A program made the translations under genes and the position numbers. Below, piece by piece: positions 1-14,202 of a DNA stretch of 64,000 nucleotides. The DNA comes from Phoronis australis (taxonomy: Eukaryota > Animalia > Phoronida). Under the pieces are notes generated by a model. The model had not been told where the DNA came from. It saw only the letters and a program-made list of their open reading frames with translations, and made no database searches. Where the stretch lies: positions 336,951 to 400,950 of the forward strand of contig NMRA01000422.1 in the NCBI GenBank assembly GCA_002633005.1, written 5' to 3'. Numbering within the stretch: position 1 is the stretch's first letter; each line of letters begins with the position of its first letter.

Positions 1-539
1 TTTTGAAGTGGTATGGCTGGCTAATGTTATCATTTTGTCTTCTGGGCGCATTTTGCTGTGATTGACACAAGTGAAAAATGGGAGACTTTCAAGTAGCAAT
101 GGGGGATGACTACATGTAACCAGCTACCAGTGAGAAGATACTTCACCTGCGCAGTGGGAGGCACAGAGGAACGTACTTGAATAAGTGTGTGTGACTAGTT
201 GTGAGAAGTCTAAAGAGTGAATTCATATTACTTCCCAGTCCTCCAGAGGGCAAAGGTACATGTATCCTGTTCCAGGTGATCAGCTGTTACTTGACTATAT
301 AAATGCTTCATGTTGGAAGCATGATCCACTGCAGAGGTCATGTGAAAGAAGTGAGGATGATAAAGGCTGCTTTCAGTATAAAGTCCATAAGTACACGACA
401 AGTATTGTATTGTAGCTCATGTTTTCCATGACTTCTCAGCAGACAAACAATATACAGCATATAAACTTTGAAACTCAGTTCAAAATATAACTTCATGCAC
501 ATTGGGTTGTAACTGCTAATTAGTCTTCAAGGTGCTTTA

Positions 540-1140
540 ATAGCAAGACTACCAACTTTCTAAGGTAAAATCACATCAGAGATATCTAAATGTGGTATTT
601 GATCTAAGTGCTAATGGACTGGCTCAAATAGGAGACTCCTATGTTAGTTGTTCAAAATACAGGTGATCTCGCTTACATGTACCTCCTCATCCCATACGTA
701 ACTCCCCAGTCTATATATACAATTTTGGACCACTTTAAAGTAAAAAGTGACATTTAATGCGATCAGAATCTGGTTTAACACTCATTGCCTGGTTAATTTA
801 TACAAACTACCATGGAAAACACGAGATGTCTAAATGTGTTAAAAGATCTAAATACCAGTGAATTGGCTCAAACATGACACTCCTGATGTTAACAATTCAG
901 AATACAGGTGACCTCGGCACCTCCCTTAACTCATCATCACATACCGTACAAATAACTCTCATTCTGCAAAAACAATGTTGGAACAGATTAAAGTGAAAAT
1001 GATATTTAATGTGACTGTAATCTGGTTTAATTAACACTGGTCATCCAGTTAAGTGGTACAAAGTAGCATGGAAAAACGAGATATGCAAATGTGTTCTTTG
1101 ATCTAAATGCCAGTGAATTGGTTCAAGTATGCCTAAGTCA
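540..1140. repeat. Degenerate tandem repeat, ~245-255 bp unit, ~2.5 copies
   Basis: The block gagat(a/g)t..aaatgtg...gatctaa..cagtgaattgg(c/t)tcaa recurs at ~580, ~822 and ~1078; aatacaggtga(t/c)ctc and atctggtttaa also recur. Confidence 0.7.
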
Positions 1141-2499
1141 CTACCTTTCCTTAAGCTTGTACATAAGTTAACACTCAGATAAGGCTTCGCTTTTTAGTTA
1201 AGAGAGACTGAGTGTAATATGAATTTGAAAGATGAAAACTGAAATACCAGCATCTTTAAATAAATTGGACAGCAAAGTTTCAACCAGAACACTGACTAAA
1301 CATCCTAAATTTTACTGACAAAATCACAGCAAGTGCTGCTATATTGCATTTTACATTTATCTCAGTTTCTACAATATCACATCAATAACAACTGGTTAAA
1401 TCACTCAGACAACCCAACAGATTGTATAATGTTCGAACAAAGATGAAATCTGGAGTATTACTGGACATCACTGACTGTCAAGTTCATTATCTCCCTCATT
1501 TGACCATTTTCCAGCGTAGTTCAAGGCAGCCAAGCGTGAAAAGAAACCTTTATCCTGTTGTAGTGTCAGCCAGCCTTCCTCCCAAAACTGCTCATCCGTC
1601 TTCATCGCCTGTGCAGTTTTTGCGGGGTCTGCTTTGTTGCTCTACTTTCTGAAAAATGACAGGCAGGTTGTAACACTCTTGAATTATACACTTTTTGCAG
1701 AACTTTGCCGAGCCCAGCCACTACACAGGTGTGACTGCCGCTGAGTGGCATGATCCAATGATTTTAGTTGAGATAATTCATTTGACCCATGGAGTGTTAT
1801 ATGTAAAACGACCACAAATACAACAAGAAAAAAACACTGTGGGTACTTGATTTATTTTTGCCAGTTTGATTGGATTCCTTTGGACATCAAATGAATATCA
1901 TATCCAGACAACAAATGTCAACATAGTGGTACTCATAAAACATAACGACACGCTATGATTTCCAGAATTACATAATTCACTGACAGCTGAAGTGAAAAGA
2001 AATTCCAGCGTGCAGGGTGTCAGTTAAAATTGGAATTTGTAATGCTATAACTACAGCATTCATCAATATATCTATAGAAAAATACTTCCTGTAATGAACT
2101 AAAAAGAAGACGCATAACAATATCAGTTGTTGAAAAGTGAAAGTCAATGAGATATTGCATTTTCCGCTTGCAACAAGTACAGGTCACTAGGTGCACATAA
2201 TCTCAGACTAAACTTACAACTAACACAAGAGGCTACTAGTAAGTGGACTGAATAGCTCTAGGCTTGCCTAGACTCCAACAACGGCGACAGGGCAGGTATA
2301 TCACTGATTTGCCCTTAGGAACACAAGACTGTTAATCAGTTGTTTACAGTGATGCAGGCATAGGACTACTAAATTTCACCAGTGTGTACAATAAAAAGCT
2401 CTGTCTATACTACATGTTCAAAAACAAGTACTGTTGTTACATTTTTGTGGTACATGCATGGTCCCACAGTTTGTGATCTTCCTGAAAGGAGGGATCAGT

Positions 2500-3832
2500 A
2501 ACTTGCCTTGCAGGGTACTGTATTAGAATAACATCTGTTGTTTCTAGCGGTGCTAACTGGTTCTTGAATCATGTATCCACAAAACTGACTATTACCGCCA
2601 CAATGCTATCGTGATAACCTCAAATTCAAACAAAGCAGTAGTAGTACTCACCAGATCCAACAGGAAAGAACACAAATGCATTGACATTGTTGAGTTCCTG
2701 TGAAAGTAAGTTGACTTTAGACATTTCAACCAGCATCCCCACTTCAGGCTTGGCACGCGAGCTACCACTAATGAAATGGGTGTTTGCAGAGTCTACATGG
2801 TTTCCACAGAATTCCAAGATGAGCCCGGTGTCTTGCCCTTGCCTTGGACGCAGTCACACAGGCGTGACACGGGTCCGGTGAACACGCATATGTAAATTGT
2901 CCGACTCTCGCCAAAATCAGTTGCCGCACAGTCTGTAGGTGCGGTGGTTTGCTACTCACTTTATGCCGCATCAAGATTTCACACATGTGCAGAGGACATT
3001 CTTTTGAGGTTCCATACACTTCATCACACTCCATCATACTAGCAGATAACACAGCAAGTCAGGATTAACCATTTTGCCACCACTAAAGTGACACCTGTTG
3101 TTGGACACTGGGTTCACGAAAAACGCGGAATTTTAATTAAAAAGGAAAAATACCTTAAACAATTGCGCCTGACTTAATGAAACTTAACTAAATATTAATA
3201 AATCAACTTTTGAATCAAAACTATGCACTTTACTGGTGTTGTAATGTTCCAAACAGGTATCGGTATTGAAGGTAATTTCTACTCAGGTGGTTGTAGCAAT
3301 CTTGCAATTTGTATAGAAAAATGTTCAGCGCCAGAAAATTTTATTGTACTAATCAACAGCAATAAGATAGAAACGTCTTGTGTAAAAGTCTGATGTTGGT
3401 CAGTGTTGTGCCAGCTGAGATATACGGGCTCAAAGTGTGGCGAAATTGCAATGCCTTGTTAACCTCTGACCCCTCTATATTTTATGCATGAAATTTTTAA
3501 CTTAGCGGCAGAGTTAATGAGTATTTCTTAACATCTTTGTAAAGCCAAAGACTCGCTTTATTTAAAAATTACAAACAGATAATGATCTCGTGCGCTGATA
3601 TTTTTTATTGTGCAGTGCAAATAAGGCATTTTCGGCGAGTTCATTGCATGGCATACCCCCAAAATAGAGGCTCCCTGATTTCTCCCCCTTAAACAAGGTA
3701 AAATGAGATTGGACTTCACTGTTTTGTTTATCATCCCAAAGGTAACTAAAATGCATAGTATGGTTCAATTCGGTGACATTGGGTTTATCACCCCTCTGGG
3801 CATTTTTGCCTGCTGTGAGCCGTACTTCACTC
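2500..3832 (-). mobile_element. Relic of an intron-containing Cys/His-rich transposon gene with a possible GAG/TTAA terminus (Sola3-like?)
   Basis: Minus-strand exon 3038->2652 (acceptor ctgctag, donor gtgagt) reads LILARVGQF...RHRAHLGILWKPCRLCKHPFH/fs/...MSK...FFPVGS, with a decayed CxxC-like continuation at ~2585-2560. The upstream end reads CTC|TTAA at 3830-3836. Family assignment is tentative. Confidence 0.35.
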
Positions 3833-3914
3833 TTAAGAAGTAATATTAAAAGGACATCGGACGGAGACGATTACCGAGAAGTTAGAAAGTGACTATTCAC
3901 AGAGGCTGGGGGAT

Positions 3915-4052
3915 CAGTGGCGGGTTTAAGGGGGGCCAAGGGGAACATGGCACTCCTAAAATTCTCCCAGATTCCATTTAGCAGTACGGGGTGCGATGTC
4001 TGACCGGCAAATTCCTGGCCTCTCCTAACTCAAAAGCCTAGGTCCGCCCCAG
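3915..4052. mobile_element. MITE with CAG termini and 5-bp TSD
   Basis: CAGTGGCGGGTTTAAGG ... CCTAGGTCCGCCCCAG imperfect TIR; gggat on both flanks. Confidence 0.5.
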
Positions 4053-6649
4053 GGGATAGCCTAAATACATTGTATCTCGATACATGTACATGTACATTCA
4101 AAATACGGATTAAGAGGGCATTTCGTTATACAAACTATCACTATTGGTGTGCAGGACAACGTCGCACGGAAGTGTACGAACGTTGTATCGAACGAGCTTG
4201 CTGTAAACAACGTCAGTAGTCAATCACACACTGAAAAACTTTGAAAGTCGAACTGAGGTAACCCATTTCTGGCACCCGCTGTAGATGCCTATTAATTATC
4301 CACCGCGGGCACCTTTGCGTCAGGGAATACTTCAGAATTAGGCGAGTTTAAGTGTGTGAAACTTTCAAACAAAAAAGGTTGCCTTTGAAATGAGTATTGT
4401 AAAGTATTAGTGGAGATTCATTGTTTTAGTCAGTTATACTGCATTGCAAAAGTCTCAATTATTTCAACTGCTTACAATCCAGCTGTGGGTCGATCGCCAA
4501 AATCTGAAATTATTTCAGAGATGGATGTACCCCGAGTTTGCCATACCCATGAATTATTCAAGTTTGCATGAAAGCGCCATGTCTACATAATGCACATCAG
4601 CCAATAGCTAACATTATTTCGAAATCCTAAGTTCGGAGAACAATTTCTCGTCCTCACTAAAGTTTTAGTAGTAAAATGGCACATTCTATCAGAAAGATAA
4701 TAATTGCCTTCATTTGATACAGCACACCTATTATTTCCGTGGACCGTTAGCTAGCGTCGGTGCAATTGAGCATAAAAACCTCAAAATCATTGCACGGCGA
4801 CTATTGGATGTGTTCAGACGGTCAGAACCAAAGGATGACAAATTTAATTGTTCTTCCTAGACGGCTATAGCAAGTACTTGTTTCTTTTCTATCTTCAACA
4901 GTTGTAGGTTGATTCTATTGAAATATGAATCACGCCGTTCTCCGAATAAGATAAAAAGGAAGTAAACAAATGAATGAAAAACTGCAACACATGCATGAAA
5001 AATAGCGCGATGAAAAAATATAAATTTTCATACTAAGTAGCATTTCAGTTTATTTACAGCTGTTTCTACTGTAACTAGACACTTGGTTGACTGTGCAGAG
5101 TTGTTTTGAAAACTGTTCCTTGAGACAGTCAGTGAGACGAGTACCCTCCGATCTTCAGTTATCGAATAGCACACACGGTCGATGCTTATTCGTCTGCCTG
5201 TGCAGGTTCGGCCCAACGTCGACATCAATTTTACTCCCCTCCATCATCAGTTAACATCCAGTCTACCTCTGCTCCTACGCATGCCTTCCTCGACATACTG
5301 TACAAGCTGCACATTTCCCTCAAATGGAAAATGCAACCGTGGCCTTCGATATGAACCTATCAGTAGCGAATTGAAGTAGCAATTAGTGCAACTTCTTTGA
5401 GTGCATGTTTGCGTGTATCTTATAAGGGACAGATAATTTGAAAACTGCATTGAGATGACAGAGTTTATATTTCATCCTTTTGAAAAGTAGTAAATCTGAC
5501 GATGTTTTCCAGAATTTCTCGCGATTTTCAAAGTGAACTACTCTCACGTTAGCCTTTCCGATAAATAAATTTGTCCCAACTGCTTAAGGGTATTTTTATG
5601 AGTTTTCGCGTTCCATGCCTCTTTGATAAAGACTTCTGTGAGCTCACTTTCCCGGTCACAACTAATTCACCCCTCTCACCCACCGATGCCAGTTTCGCCA
5701 GTCCCCAAGTCTATTAGAATTTTTCCCAATCCTCGTGATTTTCTTGCAGTTAACAAGGGATTCATGGTCCCTTAGTACACCTTGATCTGTGCTGTTATAA
5801 AGTAAGGCAATCAACAGAATTAACATTTGTCCTGGCATAAATATTACGGTCATTTTGAATTGTACAGAATCTGAGTCTTAAATCGTAGTTGCTCGACCAG
5901 AAAAATCCTAGAAAGCATCCATGTTCGCAGTTTACGTGGATTTGATAAAACAATCCTCAATATAGCCAATACTTAGTTCTGTAGACTATTTAAGGGTTGT
6001 TTAGTTACCGTCAACCCTCAATGTTGCACATGAAAGTAGTAGGTTCGTGACGGCTTGCTTGTTCCCTGCGTGTCTGCTAATGGGTAGAGAACACGCAGGA
6101 ATCATTTAATTTTTCTCGAGTGTAAATGCGGATATAGCTTCTGATCTGTTGTACAGACAAATCGGTGCTTAATCCATTTGAAATAAATTTGAATCTGAAA
6201 GTTAGGGTAATGCCTTTTCGGAGTGCATTTTTCTACTGTCGCTAACATTTGTTTATGTTGCTGTCCACTTGTAGTTACACAGTATGAATAACACACTGGT
6301 TACAATGTACATCGGCCAGATGTGTGTGCATTGTATGTGCTTCAATACCCATCTTCCGTGAACTTGTTAGTGGTAAGTCAACGTCCTTTCAGCGGAAACA
6401 TGATTGGCTTCACATTCCCTTTCTTCTCTGCAATGTGAGATTTCTGAATGGTGTACCTTAGTGTCCGCTTATAGCAATCACTCAACAGACCATATTCGAA
6501 AAAGCTAATAACTTAATGGATATAACGGTAAGGACTTCGGACCAACACAGGACAACGAGATCAAACATAGAAAGACAAAAGAGTACATGTATGTATGGCA
6601 AGACACTGGAGAAAACCAGAGTCCTGAAAATACATCACGGTAGGATGAA

Positions 6650-6975
6650 GTGTCGCTCGAAGATTGCAAGGCAACTCTTGGACGCGATGTCCATTGAGAC
6701 AATGGAGGAAAGGAGTCAGTACATACAGTAGAATCTCCAAGCTAAGCAATGAAAAGAGATATAATTCCTCTCACAGGGATGCCACCAACCGGAAGAATCA
6801 AAGGACGGAATTCTAGGAAGATGAACCTACACGGACTAATAACTACGGACGAATTAGAGACAAACCTCCAGTATCCTAAGGGAGAGATGTGGGTGGAGTA
6901 AGCATACCAGGGAAGAAAGGAGAGAAGATATCATGGCCACCAGCCAGGACAGGGACAAGTGGTTTAAGCGTGATG
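6650..6975 (+). mobile_element. Possible 3' fragment of an RTE-type LINE
   Basis: Fragmentary motifs resembling the RTE C-terminus (P.GR.KGR...TYTD ... SQDRDKW); heavily decayed. Confidence 0.3.
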
Positions 6976-7109
6976 ATAAATCACACAGTATTATAGTCCA
7001 GACGCTTATAGGAGGAGTGGAGAAGAAGAAGCTCAAAATTATGACGACATTACTTTATGGTACCTGTACAGAACTACGTGATGAGAGGAGCAAGTAGTTT
7101 ACTAGAGAA

Positions 7110-9750
7110 CAATGCACATAGTAGAAGGCGAAGGGAACATCTGCCTTACGGAAATACACAGTATTACCAATCAGTTTAGGGTACAGAATTTCACCAACTT
7201 TAGTATACATTATAAAAAACAAGAGAAATATGGCCGCCATCCTACAGGTGTATGTGTTTTTGTGAAAACCTCGTTGTCTGAATTTGTCACTCGCATGGAT
7301 GCTGGGTTTTTTCTTATGGCATTTTTCTAAAATTTGATAAAAGTCTATTTTGTTCAGACAACGGTGTAATAATGAGTTCTGTTTATATTCCAGCAGAGGA
7401 TTCTGCTTGTTTCATTCACACTAGTGAGAATAATGGCGTTGCAATACTCGAACAAGAATTGTTACAGTGTAAACCTTTGTGTTGAACATTGCAAACCATC
7501 GTGACCTAAACGTTGGTGTGAGTAATCTGCACGATTTTATCTATCACGACAGGGCTAATTGCCTACCATGTCAAGACTTATATGAAACGGATATCTTTAA
7601 TTTTCAGCGAACGTCTAAAGATAATACAATTACTAATTTTGGTAAAAGTCTAATCGAATTATGTTGTCATTTGAATCTACATATTGCTAATGACACAAGT
7701 GAGGCGATGAACATGGGCAAGCCACTTGTTTTGCATCGGGAGAATGTAGTGTAGTTGATTTCATGTTTTATGAACATGTATCAAAATTTAAAGTTGACAG
7801 TTTTGATATATCAGACCATCTTCCCATTGTTAGCGAAAGTTGTACCCACATGTTTGAAGACAAGGAAAATAAGTCATTGACGAAATTAATCAGAATAAGA
7901 ACAACCCAAAAGTGTTTTCGCAATTCGTTAAAAAAACATTGGTTGGAAAAGCATTTCATTTTTGATATCACATGAATATTTCAAATCACTGTTGAATCAG
8001 ATAGTTGATCTGATCAATAATTTACAGTGAACTGTTGAGAGACACTTAGAGGCTCATGGAAATTTAAAGAACGAATGTGACGAAAATGTTCCGCACGAGC
8101 TGAATGTGTTTTACTCATGAAATTGAGAATTGCATCCAAATGGGAAAATACCCGGAACTGACGGGCTTCTTTTTGAGATGTTTAAAAGTACCCAAGTGTG
8201 GATTGCTCCAATGCTAGAGTAACTGTTCAACAAAATTTCAGCTCTAGTGTTTACCCACACGAATAGTGTGACGCAATGTTGATCCTTATAATCAAGCAGG
8301 GTTGTAAGGACGATGAAAACAACTACAGGGGGATATTACTGTTGTCTTTCCTGGGTAAACTATTCACGAAGGTATTGAATGACCGACGTAGCAATTGAGC
8401 TGAAGCACATGACATTTTCCATGAATCTCAGGCCGGGTTTAGAAAGGGTTACTGCACTCGAGACCAGTTACGCAGTCTATATGCTTTGAGTTAAAAACAC
8501 ACAAGTAAACGAGGTCGTCACTTTTACTGTGACTTCATAGAATTTTAAAAGTCTTTGATAACATTTCTTCAAGTTGGTATACACCATAATGTGTTAAAAA
8601 TAATAAATTTTTTGTACAGTAAATTAAGAACTTGTATAAAGACTGCGGCTGATTTGACAGGGTATTTTAATTGCAACGTCGGGACAAGAGCGGGGATGCA
8701 TGATTAATCCAATTTTATTCAACATCTACTTAAATGAGATTATTTAAGAGCTAAGAAACGGCAACATGATAAAAGGTATTCTTATTAATGAAAATGTTCA
8801 GGATGTTGATCCGTTTTACATACAGATGTTATGGTACTTTTTGCTGAAACACACATAAAACTACAAAGAATACTAAATTGTCTTTTCAATTACTGTAAAG
8901 CTTGGGAATGAGTGTAAAGTTGAAAATGAAAGACAAGAACCATGGTGTTTCGTAATGGGGGACCACTGTGGTCTTAAGAAAAATGATATTTTGGAAATGA
9001 TTCCGTGATCCCGTGAAATAAGAATCTCGGAGTGTTTGTCACACCAAAGTTAGCTTGGTCAAATGCTTCCAAACTACTGTCACATCAAGATACCAGATCA
9101 GCAATAGATATTTATAAACTGTTTAAATATACCAAAGATTACCTGTGTCTTTTTATTTGACCTATTTGATAAAACGGTATATCCGTATATAACCTACATG
9201 TACAGATCAGAACTGTGTGGGTTTGATAAGTATGATTGTATTGAAAGTGTTCATATTAAATTTTGTCAAATGGTCCTGGGTATAAGTCCAATCTTTTCAA
9301 ATTCTGCACTGCTAAGCCATTGTGGTCGCTACCGGTTGTGCATTGGATATTATGTTAAATAAATTAAGTACTGGTTTAAAATTTTGAAAATGCATTCTAA
9401 CAGATATACAAAAGCATTCTACAATTTATTGCTTAATTTGGATTCCAATGGAAGGTGTCGCTATAACTGGGCCTTTGCAGTTAAAAAACTTGAATGACAA
9501 CATATTTTTATGAGACCTGGTTGAAATAGGGTGTTGCCTGTGAGACAACCTCTATGTATATTTTTTTCTCAATGTGTTATAGATTGTTATTTACAGGGAT
9601 TGCAGAGCGTTGTAGAGACACTTTTCTCACATTAAATTAGAGTTCATATTTGAACTTTGCTTGTAATCGAATTTGCCTAGAAAATTCACACAATGTTTGA
9701 CGCGATATCGTTGTGCGAACCATGATTTAGGTGTAGAAACCGGCAGGCAT
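7110..9750 (+). mobile_element. Decayed APE-RT non-LTR retrotransposon (RTE-X/L2-like)
   Basis: APE motifs (CLTE, GRHPTGVCVFVK, DLN, NFGKSLIELC, SDHLPI); RT motifs (PGTDG, NNYRGI, SQAGFRKG, GCMINPILFNIY, YTDV); C-terminal CGRY..KYW and YRCANHDLGVETGRH. Many stops and frameshifts. Confidence 0.85.
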
Positions 9751-9924
9751 TTTTCAACCCTGACAAAGGTGTTAATAGTTTCATTTACTATTCATTTTGC
9801 AATTGTAGACGATCATTACCCAAAGAAATGTTTGTACCTCTCTTGTTTTATAACTTTAATGCTGTACTTGTACTTTAGGCCCATGGTCTTGAATACTTGA
9901 AATACAGACATTAATATTTGAAAG

Positions 9925-11440
9925 AAAGAGTTGAAGCGTCAGTTGAAGTTAGCAAGTGAAGCTGAAATAGAAAAGCTGAAAGACGCAAGGAAGGAGGTCA
10001 TTACAGTGGAAAAGGCTGAAGCAGCATCAAGAAAGCGTAGGGAGAAGAGACAAAATTGGAAGGCTTTAAGGGAAGTCGAGAAGTTTGGTGACAAAGAAGG
10101 AAAACGTTCGAGCTTTCGGGAGCAAGAGTTCCAATAATTTCAGAAGAATCTGTAAGATATTTGAAAAAGGTATATGATACAATCTTTAAAGATGTCAGAA
10201 ATTTAAGAGGGTTTAAAGAACAACTAAGAGCCTGTCTGCTAAAGGTCAACAGAAGTTAGACACCCAACAAGTAAAAATTGTGGAGTTAACAACATGATTT
10301 TTTGCCAAATTATTATGACCACTTTTGGTGTACAAGGGTACCTGCTTGGCAGCTGAGGCGATGGAGCGAACAGCGAGCAGTTTCCTACATGTGTACGACG
10401 GAGGATAGGAGTGCTACCAAGTTTCAGGGTTGCACAACTCGTCAACTAAAATAACTCTACCGGTTTCATCAATTGCCGAACAGCACCAGGGCTTTGGTGA
10501 CACTGAAGATCTGGTCCTTAATAACAGCGTTATCTGAAAACCAACTGGAAGAACATGGAGGGCCTATCGACAGCTGAGAGCAGAATAAAGAGCCAACAAA
10601 TCGTAAGAGCGGTGTGCTGTAGAGGACAAGGGCTAGGATATTCTACGAACAACAGGGCCAAGAACGTGACCTACAAGAAAGAACGAGGATACCACGTATA
10701 ACAGGAGGTCATGAAGTCTGAAGAAGAGCGCAGGTATACACGGACTTTCGGAATGGGGTATCACGGCTGTTCAGTCAGGGAGCTTTTAAAAGTTTTGAAA
10801 CGTTATGAGAATGAAACCAACGCGACACTGCGATTTCTGCTGAGATCGGTACACGACAATCTGGCAACAACCACGAACCTGAGGTTTTGGAGGATATGAC
10901 TGACCCAAAGTGTCTGAAATGTGGCAGTTGGAAAATTTGGCACACACCCTTTTGTCCAGAAATTCCTTCCTTACAGATGGGATATTCACTTGGATGTAAA
11001 ATCAAATGTTGCCAGTTGTTGCACGAAACCTTTATGAACGTTACCATGGGACACCCCCGAAGAGAAGAGTCTCACCTGAGAGGCTGAATTATGACGACCT
11101 CAGAGAGCAGTATGTCAAAGGGTTAGAAACCTTGAATTTTCCCATTTGAGTTTGGCTGTAGATGGTTTGCCATTAATTCATTTGACAGAGAAATTGGGAG
11201 AGAAGACAAACATAAAGAAGACATTACTATATAAGGAAGAAAACAATGGAAAGATGGATTCCGTGTGGATATTGCTTAAATACCAACTGCAACAGAAATA
11301 ACAACAACAACAGAGGAAACCGGCGCTAGGCAGAGACTGATAATCGCTGTCGGTCCATCTGTTAGATGGAGTCTTGGAAAAGAGTGAAACTCCTGAGGTT
11401 AACCGGAGCGCAGCTGATGACAGCGGTAGGAGAGTATCAA
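9925..11440 (+). mobile_element. Decayed, internally deleted HERO-like (RLE-type) non-LTR retrotransposon
   Basis: Fragments EKAEAASRKRREKR, LPVSSIAE, RFLLRSVHDNL..NL...DPKCLKCG and FPFEFGCR parallel the better-preserved copy at 25.1-26.8 kb. Confidence 0.6.
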
Positions 11441-12471
11441 CACCTATGTTTAAAGTACGTAGGTAGTAGACACTTCTCATGGAATGTATACGTTCGTGTC
11501 TCTTAGTGAGTCTTGCTCAGACCCTTGAGTGTGGTTACCAGATTGTCTGGAAAACAGACGTCCGTCAATAATAAGCTCAAGGAGGCGTTGTCATTTTAGG
11601 AAATAGCCTATTATTTGACCTTCGCTGACGTAGACCAGACGGGAAGAAGCCTGGCATCCTTTTCAAACAACGTAGCTTTCAACACTCGGCCAGTCTTCAA
11701 ACACGAAGACACGACCACTATCCTATTCTCTTGAACACTTACATCTGTACCGGTTTTTGACGATTGTTCTTTAAGGATATCTCAAACCATATTCACAAAA
11801 ATTGGCCATTTTTACAGTATTTCATATATGTCTTGCAAAACACCTTATATTTATTCTCGGAGAACTTCAAATACGAAATATATACCACGTAGCGAGAAAA
11901 GAAAAGATTTGACAGAACAACCTTGGAACCGCACAACCGAGTGGAAATCTGTTTTCTACTTATTCGATGTCAAATGTTACGGGGCTGTCATCCAAATCGA
12001 ATCTCCGCCTGGCAAGTAGCGGCTGGGCATGTACATGTACTTCCAGCCATTTCATTCACGGAGTCGCCATGATATTGCATAATCGACCTGTACATATGAT
12101 AGAAAGATGCATAGTGAAGGCAAAACGTAGCCTTGATCCGGAGAGAGTTGTGTGTCTTCCCGCATTCGAAGGTCGGGAACGAGTCGCCTCACGCCTGCGT
12201 GACATTGTGTTCACAAACACAGCAAAGTTATGAAAAGATATAAATCCTCACCCAAAACCCTTACTTCGACATTTTCCTGTTTCAATCCAATGCTAACGAC
12301 GTGCTTTAACCAACGACGATCATATATAGGCCCAGTTTTTTTCGTAATGTAACAAAGACGAACACAACTTCTGTTTTTTTAAAAAATAGCTTACATGTAC
12401 GTTTTGCTGTGATGGCTTCTGTTAAGCCTTGTATTGACTTTAAGGGATGTTTGTTTTTATTCTATACGCAG

Positions 12472-12678
12472 GTTCTGAATGTGGAGGAAATCTTATCGCT
12501 AGTAATACCACCAAACGCCAATTCCAGTCTCCCGGTTATCCAAACAGTTACACCGACAGTCTGCAATGTCAATGGACCATACGTTCAGACGTCAGAACAA
12601 GAATTTACTTCAATATCACAGCAATCGAAGTTGAACACGGCAGTGACTGCTCTTATGATAGCGTGACGGTGTACGACG
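12472..12678 (+). CDS. CUBN: CUBN-like exon A: N-half of CUB14-like domain (copy 1)
   Basis: Acceptor tacgcag, donor gtaaga. Translation GSECGGNLIASNTTKRQFQSPGYPNSYTDSLQCQWTI...DCSYDSVTVYDG; phase 1-1. Confidence 0.9.
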
Positions 12679-14202
12679 GTAAGACTGAATGATACCCTAA
12701 TTAAATGATAGCAGATTGCCACTGGATAATTTTGCGATTCGATATGAATTGTTGTTTCATTTTTATAATCTCACCAAGGTGTGATGTGTGCATGCCCAAA
12801 CTGTCACAGCTTCAAAATTGTTGCAATTTGGGTCAGGGCCGCAGATTCAAATTGTCAAAAACGTTTTTAGTCGCAGTAATGTTGGACTCTTGTCGCAAAC
12901 AGTAAAACCTCGCCGAAGGTGACCTCGTAAGGGTTTTGAAAGCTACACATTTTACCACGAATTATATAATACATGTACATAAAACCACAAGACACTGTAC
13001 ACAAAACATTCTCTCTACTAACCGGGATCCCAGAGGCGTTTTGAACATGAAACCCAACCAATTTCCTTGGATGCCCCAGTGCTCTATGACATAATACTAT
13101 GTGCCATGAATGAAATTTTCCCGGATTAATCCTGAGCTGGGTTACCCCAGCAAGGCGCACCCAAACTTCAGGGTTGAGTTAAAACGACCCACCAACAACT
13201 GCAACATATTCAGGATAACTCCTTATGGCATATCTGTTACATGTCCGACCATTTCAGAGGTGGAACACCATAGCCAGACACAATAAAAGATCTAAAACAC
13301 TCGAGAAATCACATTCACGATGCATGAACACTGCTTAATACTGCTGATGGAATCCACCAATTTCATTTCAAATTTAATCGGTGGGATGTCAATTCAACTA
13401 GTTGCTCACAAACTACCTAACCTACTCCCTCTTCCACTGTGCACAGCCTAAGTCACGTTTGCCAGCTCAGTTGCAATATTGATAGTTTCTGTGAAATATA
13501 AGCATTACAATATGTCCCCAATATTATGTATATATTTAATTGCAAAGTCGATTTTTGCTTTTTTGCATAACGTAACATGAAAGCAAATCATTTCCCGGTC
13601 ACGGGGCCCTTTACCAACGGTTCACGTATAGTTTGAGCATCACAGCCTTTCGACACGTTTTGGCATCTTCCCGATTATGGCGGACTCATTTTAAACAACC
13701 AAGTCTCCACTCTGTGCTCAAGGACACAATCATCAAGACGTGAGACATTTGCCAATGAATTCCACTGGGTGAAATTTAGGGAAAAGTAAGAACCGTGATT
13801 TTGAAAGATACGAGAATAAACAGTTTTCTCCAAGCTTATAATTACATAAATAATCATGTTCATAAGTTTGGCAAACAATACATCATCGTCATACCTGAAG
13901 TTACTTTGGGTGGTTACACAGATTCAGATACTATTCTAAAATCAACGCTGCCATGAACATCAATCAGAAAACAATAAAACAAAATTAACTAAATTCTCCG
14001 CGCTCTCAACAATATTCAAGTGCTTATTTGCAATTACTGAAGAAATTGATCCTATTTTCATCATGTGTTGGGAGAAGTATCTAAACATCAACATTTAACC
14101 TCAGTCTTCCATAATTACAATCATGTGTGCAATTGGATATTTTAAGAGCAATCTCATCGCTTTTTTCTTCCCCTGTCAGCGGAAATTTTTTGATAGTTTT
14201 AA

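Noticed and set aside
5180-5450. Possible additional THAP-like fragment on the minus strand (CTQRSCTN...LHFPF)
   Set aside because: No W or CxxHF motif could be recovered; too degenerate.
11365-11430. GAAAC...CTGATGA in the HERO 3' region, resembling a hammerhead ribozyme core
   Set aside because: I could not build stem II or a convincing stem III around the core motifs; an Infernal search would settle it.
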